From Octopus bimaculoides (lineage: Eukaryota): a stretch of 60,825 bases of DNA. The notes under the pieces are model-generated. The model ran no database searches. It had not been told where the DNA came from and saw only the letters and a program-made list of their open reading frames with translations. The position numbers and the translations under genes are program-made. The stretch covers positions 103,730,620 through 103,791,444 of the forward strand of contig NC_068986.1 of assembly GCF_001194135.2 (NCBI RefSeq). Direction: 5' to 3'. Shown piece after piece: positions 37,700-48,624 of the stretch. How positions within the stretch are numbered: the stretch's first letter is position 1; the number at the start of each line of letters is the position of its first letter.

Positions 37700-37908
37700 A
37701 ATTGTTTCAGTCATTTGACTGCGGCCATGCTGGAGCACCGCCTTTTGTCGAGCAAATCGGCCCCAGCACTTATTCTTTGTAAGCCTAGTACTTATTCCAT
37801 CGGATCTCTTTTGCCGAACCGCTTTGTTACGGGGACGTAAACACACCAGCATCGGTTATCAAGCGATGTTGGGGGAATAAACACACAATATAAACATATA
37901 CACACACG

Positions 37909-37973
<65 letters not shown>

Positions 37974-38430
37974 ACACATATAAGTCGGCGATCTGGCAGA
38001 AACGTTAGCACGCCGGGCGAAATGCTTAGTGGTATTTCGTCTGCCGCTACGTTCTGAGTTCAAATTCCGCCGAGGTCGACTTTGCCTTTCATCCTTTCGG
38101 GATCGATTAAATAAGTACCAGTTACGCAATGGGGTCGATATAATTGACTGAATCCGTTTGTCTGTCCTTGTTTGTCTGTCTTTGTTTGTCTGTCCTTGTT
38201 TGTCCCCTCTGTGTTTGGTCCCTCGTGGGCAGTAATGAAATAACACACATATATACATATATGTATACGTTGGGCTTCTTTCAGTTTTTGTCTACTAAAT
38301 CCACTCACAAAGCTTTGGTCGGCCCGAGGGTATAGTAGAAGACACTTGCCCAAGGTGCCACGCAGTGGGACTGTAACCTGGAACCATCTGGTTGGTATGC
38401 AAGCTACTTACCACACAGCCACTCCTGCAT
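37700..38430 (-). mobile_element. Family-B SINE whose internal microsatellite hosts a family-C SINE (37985-38240, +)
   Basis: B tail 37700-37900, (CA)n, full C copy, B head 38270-38430. Confidence 0.85.
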
Positions 38431-38883
38431 AACACTTTCCTCATCCCATCACCTAAATATCTTTAGTTTATTTATAAGCAAACATTAGCTGTTATGGTTT
38501 ATAATTGATAACAGAAATTGAGGTTTCATATAAAGGGCACGTGATCAAGACGAGAGCTTTTCATTGACTGAATTTTTACTCCACCTTTTTACTACATTCT
38601 TTATTTGTCCATTTAACGGTTGCTATTGTCTAATTTCCTCCTGAATTTACCGACACCTTAAGTTTTGCACCAAGTTTTCTATTTTCTTTACGGTTTTTTA
38701 AAATATATATTTCACTCCCACTATTTGTTTGTATAACAACTCTTTGTTTCTCTCTTTGTCTCTGTACACATACACATCCACACACAAATACACACACCCA
38801 CTTCTCCACGAGAGTAACTTTCCCCCACACATTTCCATGTTTCAATCTATAGGTACCAAAAATGATATTTACTTTTTACTTAC

Positions 38884-39006
38884 ACGTCTCAATAGTTGAT
38901 AGTTTGTTCTTTTTGCATTCAAGTTCCTTACATTCATTCTTTCCTATATAAATGCCTTTTTGATTATTGCAGAAGCATTGTCCATCATAGTAACATCCAT
39001 TACATT
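38884..39006 (-). CDS. Coding exon 2, Cys-rich module 1
   Basis: Acceptor tttgcag, donor T|gtaagt, 123 nt, phase 1-1, open: (E)CNGCYYDGQCFCNNQKGIYIGKNECKELECKKNKLSTIET. Confidence 0.85.
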
Positions 39007-39299
39007 CTGCAAACCGATTATAAAGACGAAGTATATTTATCAATAAAAAATAAACAAACGTAGTTTCATTTTTGTCTTCTGATTTTTATGACTGAATGCG
39101 AATCCTTTTAACCTTAGTAAGTTTAAGTTTATGTAAACTGAGAGATTCTAGGTGAGTTTACTTCACTCAAATATTAAATTACCGTATTTAATCGTATATA
39201 AACTGCACCCACTAAATTAGTGTTAAATCTTTGTATAAAATGTCTTTCCTTAATAGTTGAAGCTTTGCCTCTTGCATAAACTTTGCGCCATCCTCCATA

Positions 39300-39344
<45 letters not shown>

Positions 39345-40329
39345 NNNNNNNNNNNNNNNNNNNNNNNNNNNNNNNNNNNNNNNNNNNNNNNNNNNNNNNN
39401 NNNNNNNNNNNNNNNNNNNNNNNNNNNNNNNNNNNNNNNNNNNNNNNNNNNNNNNNNNNNNNNNNNNNNNNNNNNNNNNNNNNNNNNNNNNNNNNNNNNN
39501 NNNNNNNNNNNNNNNNNNNNNNNNNNNNNNNNNNNNNNNNNNNNNNNNNNNNNNNNNNNNNNNNNNNNNNNNNNNNTATATATATGTACCATTTTCTGCA
39601 GAGATATTTCCGGAATTAGCGCGCCAAAACGAAGACATTTGAATTTTACCATTAAGTTGTAATTAGCAGAACCATATACGCGTTCGCCACTAGGGGTGAA
39701 CAACTTGTATAGGATTCTGAAAATTATGCTTTCCTTACAGTTCGTGCTGACGAGAAACAGATATTTTCGGTAAGAGAATATTAATTTCAAAACTAGTACA
39801 CGAATGATAATTTTTTATTTTTTATTTATGTAATTTTCACTGTCTTGCCCGCATACGGTTCGGTATTTCGCTGAATTTAATTTGAGAACTATTAGGTCTT
39901 AGTAGACACATTACATGTGATCTTATTCTAGCACATTAACAGTCCACTTAGTGGTCGTCGTTATATATATATATATACACACACACACATATATATATAT
40001 CTTACTTATTTGTGCAGAAGTTGCCCTTCACTAATGTTTTTTTTTTCTGTTAAAATGAAGTACAAATTAGTTGAACTTATTCACGAGTAAATACGGTAAA
40101 GCTTTCGAAATGGGAGTAAATAGTTTAATAGAACGAATGCAGGGAACATTTTGGGAGGATAAAATGTTTAACAGATATGAGAAAAAAAATGCTTTTTACG
40201 AAATCGGGGAATTTATGTATTGGAAAAGGTTAAGAGAAAAAAATGAAGATTGAATGACTGAGAACAAGGATACCTAGTATCCACAGACAAAAAGAATTAA
40301 GGCATTGATTCGTGGGCCAATGTTTTATT

Positions 40330-41570
40330 AATGCTTTCTACTATGGGCACAAAACCTGATATCTAAGGGAGGAGATGAGTTGATTATATCGACACCACTG
40401 CTCAACTGGAGCTTATTATCGATTATTATCGATTCCTAAAAGGACGACATGCAATGCTTTATAGTGATTTCAAATTCTGACACATGACCAGCAGTTTTTA
40501 AGGGCAGTGGGAGGGAAGTTGATTACTTGGCTGGTACTCCTTTCATTGGCTCCTTAATGAAGGAAAGACAAAGTCAACCTCAGCGGAATCCGAACACAGA
40601 AATCAGAGACGGACGAAATGCAGCGAATGGTTCTACCAACTCCACGCCTTGGGAAATGTTTTAATGTTTATTTGTTTCTAGAAAGAATACAAAAAGAGGC
40701 CACAGTGTAACTCATGAAACTGCGTCCTTATTTGTAGCTCAGGAAGAGCTTTCGAGTACATATAACCTCGTTTATTACAAATTCATTCATCACTGATCCG
40801 AGGTAACACGGTAATTCGGTTGTGGACCATGTTATGTTTACTGCGGATTGATCTATGATAGCACGAGTCGACGATTAGTCAAAGATTCTGCTTGTATCGC
40901 AAAAGCGTGCTGCAGCGTTTACGCACAAAGCTCAGGTAGTTAGAATGCACTGGCTACCGCTTGTGCTTATGCGACCGTACTGAGTCGCTGTGTGTTGTTT
41001 ATACGGCTTTAAGTACTCAAGCTCATCAATATGGCGTCAGTGAACAGAAAATATGCGAAGGCGTCGTATCGTAGCAAACAGCACAGACGAAAGTACTCGA
41101 AGAAAAATCAGAGATGATCAAGAAAATATGTAATGGTGGAAGCTTCGCAGCTGTAGGCCGCGAGTTTGGCGTCAATGAATCTACCATTCGTTCCCTTTGC
41201 AAAATACATGATCATTCACCCAGCATTGATTCATTCATGAGTGCCTTTTTAACCGCATTTCCGTGATAAACGAGAATAGAAGTACTAGATTATTTCTTTC
41301 TATGTGAGTTCCGGAAACCTGGATAGTTTTTAACGCAGGTGATCAATATTATGTTCGAAAGTAAGGCTGCGAGCTAGCAGAACCGTTACCACGCCGAAGA
41401 AAATGCTTATCGGCGTTTCGTCCGTCTTTACCTTCCGTCGAGGTTGACTTTGCTTTCATCGTTTCAGGGGCGAGGAAATAAGTGCCAGTTGAACTTTGGG
41501 ATCGATATAATCGGCTAACCCCGCTGCCCGGAAATTGCTGGACTTGTGCCAAAATTTGAAACTAATATCT
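40330..41570. mobile_element. Diverged family-C copies, (-) 40330-40650 and (+) 41365-41570
   Basis: C core and head motifs; other C copies lie at 1318-1490 (+) and 8805-8910 (-). Confidence 0.65.
40790..41200 (+). mobile_element. Tigger/pogo transposon 5' remnant
   Basis: ATG at 41031; frameshifted ...EEK.EMIKKICNGGSFAAVGREFGVNESTIRSL is a CENP-B/psq-type HTH. Confidence 0.7.
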
Positions 41571-41717
41571 TCGAGAGTAGAGAGCAGGGTTAAGTTTTGT
41601 AGCGGAATCAGAAAAACCTGATTTATGTTGCTTTCTAATGATTTAGACAATAACCTATATTTAAGTCAGCTTGACCACTTTTAGGAGCCCAGATTTAGGA
41701 ATTTGTTGTGGAAGGAT

Positions 41718-42111
41718 TTGTTTTTGTGTTGGCACTCCGTCGGTTACGACGACGAAGGTTCCAGTTGATCTGATCAACGGAACAGCCTGCTCGTGAAATT
41801 AACATGCAAGTGGCTGAGCACTCCACAGACACGTGTACCCTTAACGTAGTCCCCGGGGGAGATTCAGCGTTACACAGAGTGTGACAAGGCTGGCCCTTTG
41901 AAATACAGGTACGAAAGAAACAGGAAGTAAGGGTGAAAGGAAGTTGTGGTGAAAGAGTACAGCAGGGTTCGCCACCAACCCCTGCCGGAGCCTCGTGGAG
42001 CTTTAGGTATTTTAGTTCAATAAACACTCACAACGTCCGGTCTGGGAAACGAAATCGCGATCCTACGACAGCGAGTTCACTGCCCTAACCACAAGACCAT
42101 TGCACCCCCAC
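41718..42111 (-). mobile_element. SINE family A, full length
   Basis: Reverse complement of the A consensus; 11-bp TSD tgtggaaggat / tgtagaaggat. Confidence 0.9.
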
Positions 42112-42790
42112 TGTAGAAGGATGCTGAGTCCCGAAAACCAATTTAGACAACAGTTCACCGTAGTATCAGGAAGTTTGAAATATTGAAGGTGACAAGAAGG
42201 ACAAAGATAGACGGCTTCATCATTAATATCATCAACCCCTGGACATAACTGTCAGTTGTCCTAGGACTCATTGGTCCGGTTATCAGTTTTCCATGGCGTA
42301 TAGATGACAGATTACAACATTCCAACAGCCGTTGTAGGGTTACTTCTTTACGGCTGAGTGGACTGGAGCAACGTGAAATGAAGTGTTTTACTCAAGAACA
42401 CAACATACCACCCAGTCCGGGAAACGAAACTATGACCTAGCGATAGTGAACGCAACACGCTAACCACTAAGCCACACACTAGGGTTTCGAATGGGCTAAA
42501 ATTAGGATCGTATACAGCTAGAAAGATCACTGAAATATAAAAAAAGTTTAAAAAAAGATATTGTTATATCTTGGGATGGTCACTTTTCATAAATGCATGC
42601 ACTATATTATTCGTTCTTCACTTCACCTTTATTATTGTTCTTATTGTTGTGTCCTTTGTCTTAAATCTTTCGTCATACATCCCGTGATATCCTCAGTGAA
42701 TGTCTCCTCCTGTTCTGTTAGTGTCTATTGTGTCTTTTTAAAAAGATTAAGATCATAAAACTTAAAGAGATTAAGATAGTAGATACTTAC

Positions 42791-42863
42791 CTGCAGTGAC
42801 AATGTTATTTGTAACAGCATAAAGGACGAGAAGTGGAAAGAAAGCTATTGAATATATATACAT
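42791..42863 (-). CDS. Coding exon 1 (signal peptide) of a predicted secreted cysteine-rich protein
   Basis: Long polypyrimidine acceptor (ttttgtttctttcttttttttttttacag) directly followed by ATG; 73 nt; perfect donor CAG|gtaagt. Only the ATG frame is open: MYIYSIAFFPLLVLYAVTNNIVTA (hydrophobic core, V-x-A cleavage motif); ends in phase 1. Confidence 0.8.
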
Positions 42864-43156
42864 CTGTAAAAAAAAAAAAAGAAAGAAACAAAAGAGAAAA
42901 GTATAAAATATGTTTTGTATTATCAATCTTGCCTTTTACAATTTTCTTGTTTCAGTCATTTGACTGATGCCATGGTGGAGCACCGCTTTGAAGAAGCCTG
43001 TCGAAAAGTTTTAGTACTAATGTCTAAGGTCTAATGGATATTCTATTGGGAGTCTCTTAGTGGGACACAGATACACACTTGTACATACATACATACATAC
43101 ATACACACCCATATTCATGCGTGTGTGTAATGTATATATATATATATATATATATA

Positions 43157-43288
43157 CAAAATACAATGTTTATATACCAAAAAGATTTTATAACATCTTT
43201 CTAACATTTTTCTTACATTTTTCTGACATAATTTAAATATATACTTTAACCATGTAACACAAGCCTTCTGTAGTTTTTTCACTCTTAT

Positions 43289-43333
<45 letters not shown>

Positions 43334-43463
43334 AAATACAATGTTTATATACCAAAAAGATTTTATAACATCTTTCTAACATTTTTCTTACATTTTTCTG
43401 ACATAATTTAAATATATACTTTAACCATGTAACACAAGCCTTCTGTAGTTTTTTCACTCTTAT

Positions 43464-43500
<37 letters not shown>
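43157..43500. repeat. Exact ~175-bp tandem duplication with (TA)n junctions
   Basis: caaaatacaatgtttatatacc...tattatctttta occurs at 43157 and 43332. Confidence 0.9.
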
Positions 43501-43509
<9 letters not shown>

Positions 43510-43799
43510 CACGTCCTTGTACTTTTGCCACGTCATGTACCCAGTTATGTATCTATATGTACATGTAGATGAACGTATATACATACATGTACATATATAT
43601 GCATATACTCATATATTGTTTATATATATATATATATGTATTTATGTGTGTGTCTGTGTTTGTACCACCACCGCTTGGCAACCGGTGATACATTAATGCA
43701 TACATCTTACAATAGCACCCGTAAAAAAACACGTGTCGCTAAAGTATATTACAGTCGAATAAAGAAAATTTAGACCTCGGGACTCTCTGCATTCAATAA

Positions 43800-45390
43800 A
43801 AAAAACAATGGCCCATAATGGTGTTTGTAATACCAGCATTCATACCAACATTTCGGTTGCTTGATTGGACGCTTGATGAGATGTGAGCCATTGATATGAA
43901 AACCCGGAAGATATTAACAAACACATAATTTCCACATCAAAAGTGACGTAGACCGCCTCTACCTAAAACCAAAACGAAGCGACAATGGCTTAACATTGAT
44001 TCGAACTGTCTTTGAATGTCGTATCCTATCTCTTTGGAAACATCTATTAACCACTAAGTGTCGAAGTGTATCCCTTGACCAACTTTGCATACAAGAGGCT
44101 GATAATATCATAAGATTTGGGAAGCAGCTTCGTGAGCAGCATTCCTTGTCTGATAACCTTAGATACATGGCCAAAGAAGTCGGACGACTCTACCGCAATG
44201 TATCATCAGATGAAAGGATGAGCGTATATCAGCAGAAGACCATAGATGGATATGTTAGTAGAAAGCTCCGAGATGATAGTAACATTGATGATCAAATCAG
44301 TCTATCATGGACCAACAACCGGATTACTACCTCCCACTTTGAAAGGTATGCGTTTGCAATCTAGGAACAGGAAATATCAAACAAATACCTGATGCACAAG
44401 AGGGACAGAGATGCAGAAAAAGCAGCAAAATATGACAACCGATGCAGTCTTTGTGGAGTTAACACCGAAGATATCACCCACATCATAAACAGTTTTCCGA
44501 AAATGTCATCACGGTATTATCTACCGATGAGACATGATGTTGTAACTACAACAGTCTATAATGAAATCCGTCGGAAGGATAATTCCAAGGACAAAGAAAT
44601 AAGAACCCTCAGTATGGCGAAAGCCATAGCCACTCATAATAAAAAGGAGTACTGGTAGAATGTCCTAGTGAAACCTCAGTAAAATGTAAACATAATAGAC
44701 CTGACATAAGGATTTGGGCTAGAGAAGGGCAACTGTGTACGGATGTGGAAATCATCTGCCCAGCAGAGGTTATCATAAAACTAAAAATCAGCGAAAAAGA
44801 AAATACTTACGCTGAACTATTGAGGAATCTACAGCTATTCTATCCAGATTACAAGTTCAGGTTTATACCCGTAATTATTGGGGCACTGGGATATGTAACA
44901 CACTGCCTAAACATCAATCTTGAGAAGTTAGGCTTCTCAAAACCAGAAAGAAGAAAGCTGATTCGAAGACTACCGATCCAATCAATCACTGGAACTGTAA
45001 AAATTTGTAAAACTTTGCAGAAGTTTATCATTTAAGTATATAGGAGCATGTCTAGATATGCAAGTATTTGCATGAGAATACATACATAAAACAAAATATA
45101 CAAATCAGCACATATACATACACACACATACATACATGCATACATACATACATACATACATACATACATACATGCATAATATATACATACATACGTACGT
45201 ACATACATGATGGCTGCTCCACATACATATATACATACATACGTACAGGCATACATTCATACATAGAAAAATACCCTGTTGCTGATGTTCAAATTCCAGT
45301 GAAGGAACCTTGGATCTAGGTTAGAAACCGGCTCTTTCTTTATTGTCAAGAAATCTTGAAATAAAACTGATCAGTGACATACATACATAC
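43800..45390 (+). mobile_element. 5'-truncated R4/Dong-type non-LTR retrotransposon (RT end, CCHC knuckle, RLE), degraded
   Basis: DVDRLYLKPKRSDNGL, RCSLCGVNTEDITHI, RHD, HNRPDI, KENTYAELL, IPVIIGALG; stop at 45035. Probable 3'UTR has a hairpin ATGCAA-GTAT-TTGCAT (45058-45073) and (CATA)n tracts. Confidence 0.9.
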
Positions 45391-46164
45391 GGACTCACAC
45401 GCGCACACATATACATGTGTGTGAGTGTGTAATGTATATATATGTGCATATATGTATCTTTGTGTGTGTCTATCTTCCTCCTGACCACCGGTTAGCAACT
45501 GTTGTTGGTCTATTTACGTCTCAGTAACTTAGTTGTCTAAGAGACCGATGAAATGAGCATCAGACTTCAAAATTAAGTTATGGGGTCGATTTTTTTTCAA
45601 CTAAAATTCTTCAAGGCAGTGTCCCGACATAGCTGCAGTCTAATGACTGAAATAAGTAAAAGGTATATATATCGAGCTTCCACACAATTTCCTTCAACCA
45701 AATTTACACACATTGACCAGCCGAAGTGTATAGAAGTCGCTTGCTGAAGGTGCCAGACAGTAGGATTGAATCTGAAATCACGTGATTGCGAAATGATTTT
45801 CTTAACCACACAAAGAAAATTACTGCTGAGTGAATTTTACATTTTATCTGTTGAAGTATAAACTTTTTGATATTTAAAATATGCAAATTTTCCAAATATA
45901 CAGAAACGACCAATTCATTTAATATCATTAATTATGTATCTCTCCTCTCTATTGAAATAAACTTCAATCAACAGTACACAAACAATGTGAATATAATTAA
46001 CATACAACATAATCTCGTTCAGATGTAGAGAACAATTTCAGCTCAAATAATAATGGCGTATAAGATCAGCGAGAAACCAAACAATATTGTGTCTGTTCAT
46101 TCAAGATGAGTTTTAACATAATTCAGAGTTGTTGCATTTCGTCATCAGACAACGCTTGCTCCCC

Positions 46165-46378
46165 TTAGACTTAAGGGTCCACATAAGGGTTTGTTGCTAA
46201 AATGTATGTGTTCCGGGTTCAGTCCCACTGCGTGGCACCTTGGGCAAGTGTCTTCTACTATAGCCTCGGGCCGACCAAAGCCTTGTGAGTGGATTTGGTA
46301 GACGGAAACTGAAAGAAGCCCGTCGTATATATNNNNNNNNNNNNNNNNNNNNNNNNNNNNNNNNNNNNNNNNNNNNNN

Positions 46379-46432
<54 letters not shown>

Positions 46433-46810
46433 TGTGTGTCTGTGTTTGTCCCCCCAACATCGCTTGACAACCGATGCTGGTGTGTTTACGTCCCCGTAAC
46501 TTAGCGGTTCGGCAAAAAGAGACCGATAGAATAAGTACTAGGCTTCCAAAGAATAAATCCTGGGGCCGATTTACTCGACTAAAGGCGGTGCTCCAGCATG
46601 GCCACAGTCAAAAGACTGAAACAAGTAAAGGAATAAACTGGTTATAATCCTACAATACACAGAATGTTTCAACTATTTGTTTAAATACAATTCCTGATGA
46701 AGTTTAGTTATAAAAATATAATAGGACTTTTTTAAACATCGAATATCTATGAGGGTCTACCCGAGAAAAATCAAGAGGATCCATAGGTAAAAAGTCGTTG
46801 GGAACCACTG
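46165..46810. mobile_element. hAT-type MITE split by a family-B SINE
   Basis: Ends gttgggaaccactg; halves gtccacataag...tatgtg and aataaactggttat...tacaattcct match 53108-53210. Confidence 0.6.
46207..46632 (+). mobile_element. SINE family B, 5'-clipped, inserted in a hAT MITE
   Basis: Near-consensus head, (TA)(TG)n, tail. Confidence 0.9.
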
Positions 46811-46869
46811 CTTTAAACGATGTGTGTTCATAACACACGGGATTCACTGGTTCACCATGTAAGAAGACT

Positions 46870-47860
46870 TTGAGTCACCGCGTTGTTTCGACCTTGTGTT
46901 TCTCCTCAGTAAAAGTTATTCCGTCGAATCGATAATCTGACAAGGAGACAAGCACCTTTTTATAAAAATTAGCTGAATATATATTTACTGAAGCGTACCA
47001 AACTGATAAGAAAGCATTGAATGTATGCAGAATAGAGGGAATCGAAGCAATAACGTGTTTATTCATTATAAATAAGTTCGAACGTAATATAGCTTCCACG
47101 CTGGATTGTATAATACAAGCTCCTGTTTATAGAAATCAGCGAAGAAAATTATTTGCTGATGCCTGTTGAAATCTGCCAAACAAATAATTCATGGTACACG
47201 CGGAACAGCGAGAATCCAAGCAATAACGCATTCTCTTAGACTCTCATACGATTCTACTAATTTACTATAAATGCAGCTACAAATCCATTATATTCCATTT
47301 TCGCCAGAAGCAGTATACACTTCTGTACAAGTACCGCATATAATTTCCTTAGTTTTATACATTTTAGGCGCTTCCTTACCCATATCTACTCTATAATCCT
47401 TTCCTAAGGCAACGTTGTCTAAAGTAAAATTCTGAATTCTTTTTCGATAATGTACTTATTCATTCTTAGTACATTTCATCCCGACAGATTTTATCGTGAA
47501 TATGTTAAGTGCTGTTGTATTTCGTCTTCGGAGAAAACTTTCTTCTTTCATGCTGTACATGTGTTGTCAACGCACTCAATTCATTGACGTAAGGAGACAT
47601 TGAGACACCTGTGTTTCTACCTGGTTGCGTCTCTTCAGTCAAAGCTATTCCTGGATCAATGGAGCTAAACAAGAGCGATGGCTCTTGTAAATAGAATTCA
47701 GCCAACAAATTATTTGCTAATGTATGGTGATGTTAGCCAAATTGATGATCAATTATGATATGCATACTGATTTGGGAAGATAGATTTGACGGAAAGGACA
47801 CACCAAGGTCAAAAAATTGTTGTCTTAAAATCTGCTTACTTTAGGGAATTGTGTGTGTTG
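46870..47860 (-). pseudogene. Unidentified degraded coding-like sequence, possibly a pogo-type transposase C-terminus with a PHD-like Cys motif
   Basis: Long stop-poor frames, including KEIICGTCTEVYTASGENGI*WICSCI; no family confidently recognised. Confidence 0.2.
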
Positions 47861-47900
47861 TCAGTATTCATCGCCTAAAAGGAAAAGATATTTACAGAAG

Positions 47901-48515
47901 ACGCAGGCGTGGCTGTGTGGTAAGTAGCTTGCTTACCAACCACATAGTTCCGGATTCAGTCTCACTGCATGGCACCTTGAGCAAGTGTCTTCTACTATAG
48001 CCTCGGGCCGACCAAACCGTTGTGAGTGGATTTGGTAGGCGGAAACTGAAAGAAGCCCGTCGTATATATGTATATATGTATATATATATATGTGTGTGTG
48101 TGTGTTTGTGTGTCTGTGTTTGTCCCCCCTCCATCGCTTGACAACCGATGCTGGTGTGTTTACGTCCCCTTAACTTCGCGGTTCGGCAAAAAGAGACCGA
48201 TAGNNNNNNNNNNGGCCGACCAAACCGTTGTGAGTGGATTTGGTAGGCGGAAACTGAAAGAAGCCCGTCGTATATATGTATATATGTATATATATATATA
48301 TATGTGTGTGTGTGTTTGTGTGTCTGTGTTTGTCCCCCCTCCATCGCTTGACAACCGATGCTGGTGTGTTTACGTCCCCTTAACTTCGCGGTTCGGCAAA
48401 AAGAGACCGATAGAATAAGTACTAGGCTTATAAAGAATAAGTCCTGGGGTCGATTTGCTCGACTAAAGGCGGTGCTCCAGCATGGCCGCAGTCCAATGAC
48501 TGAAACAAGTAAAAG
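47901..48515 (+). mobile_element. SINE family B, full length (middle duplicated by the assembly)
   Basis: Head acgcaggcgtggctgtgtggtaag through tail gactgaaacaagtaaaag. Confidence 0.9.
48006..48413. other. Probable assembly artefact or haplotype overlap around a 10-N gap
   Basis: 48006-48203 equals 48214-48413 except for the (TA)n length. Confidence 0.8.
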
Positions 48516-48624
48516 TAAGTAAAAAAGGGCAAAATACAAAAGCAATTGACATGTTCCCGTTAAATTCTACAAATATACCGGAACGTATTAAGTACTAATA
48601 CATTTCTCTTTTATCTCTGTCTTT

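Noticed and set aside
39741-39769. 29-nt + strand micro-exon with good splice sites (ttacag / gtaaga)
   Set aside because: No partner exons found; such sites arise by chance in 60 kb.
46127-46155. Minus-strand CUGAUGA-C-GAAA hammerhead-like motif with a GUUGU/ACAAC stem
   Set aside because: No stem II and C at position 16.1; at best a dead remnant.
46875-47099. ORF with a faint GPCR TM7-like look (ASVNIYSANFYKK)
   Set aside because: No NPxxY motif and no upstream transmembrane segments; the resemblance is not supportable.
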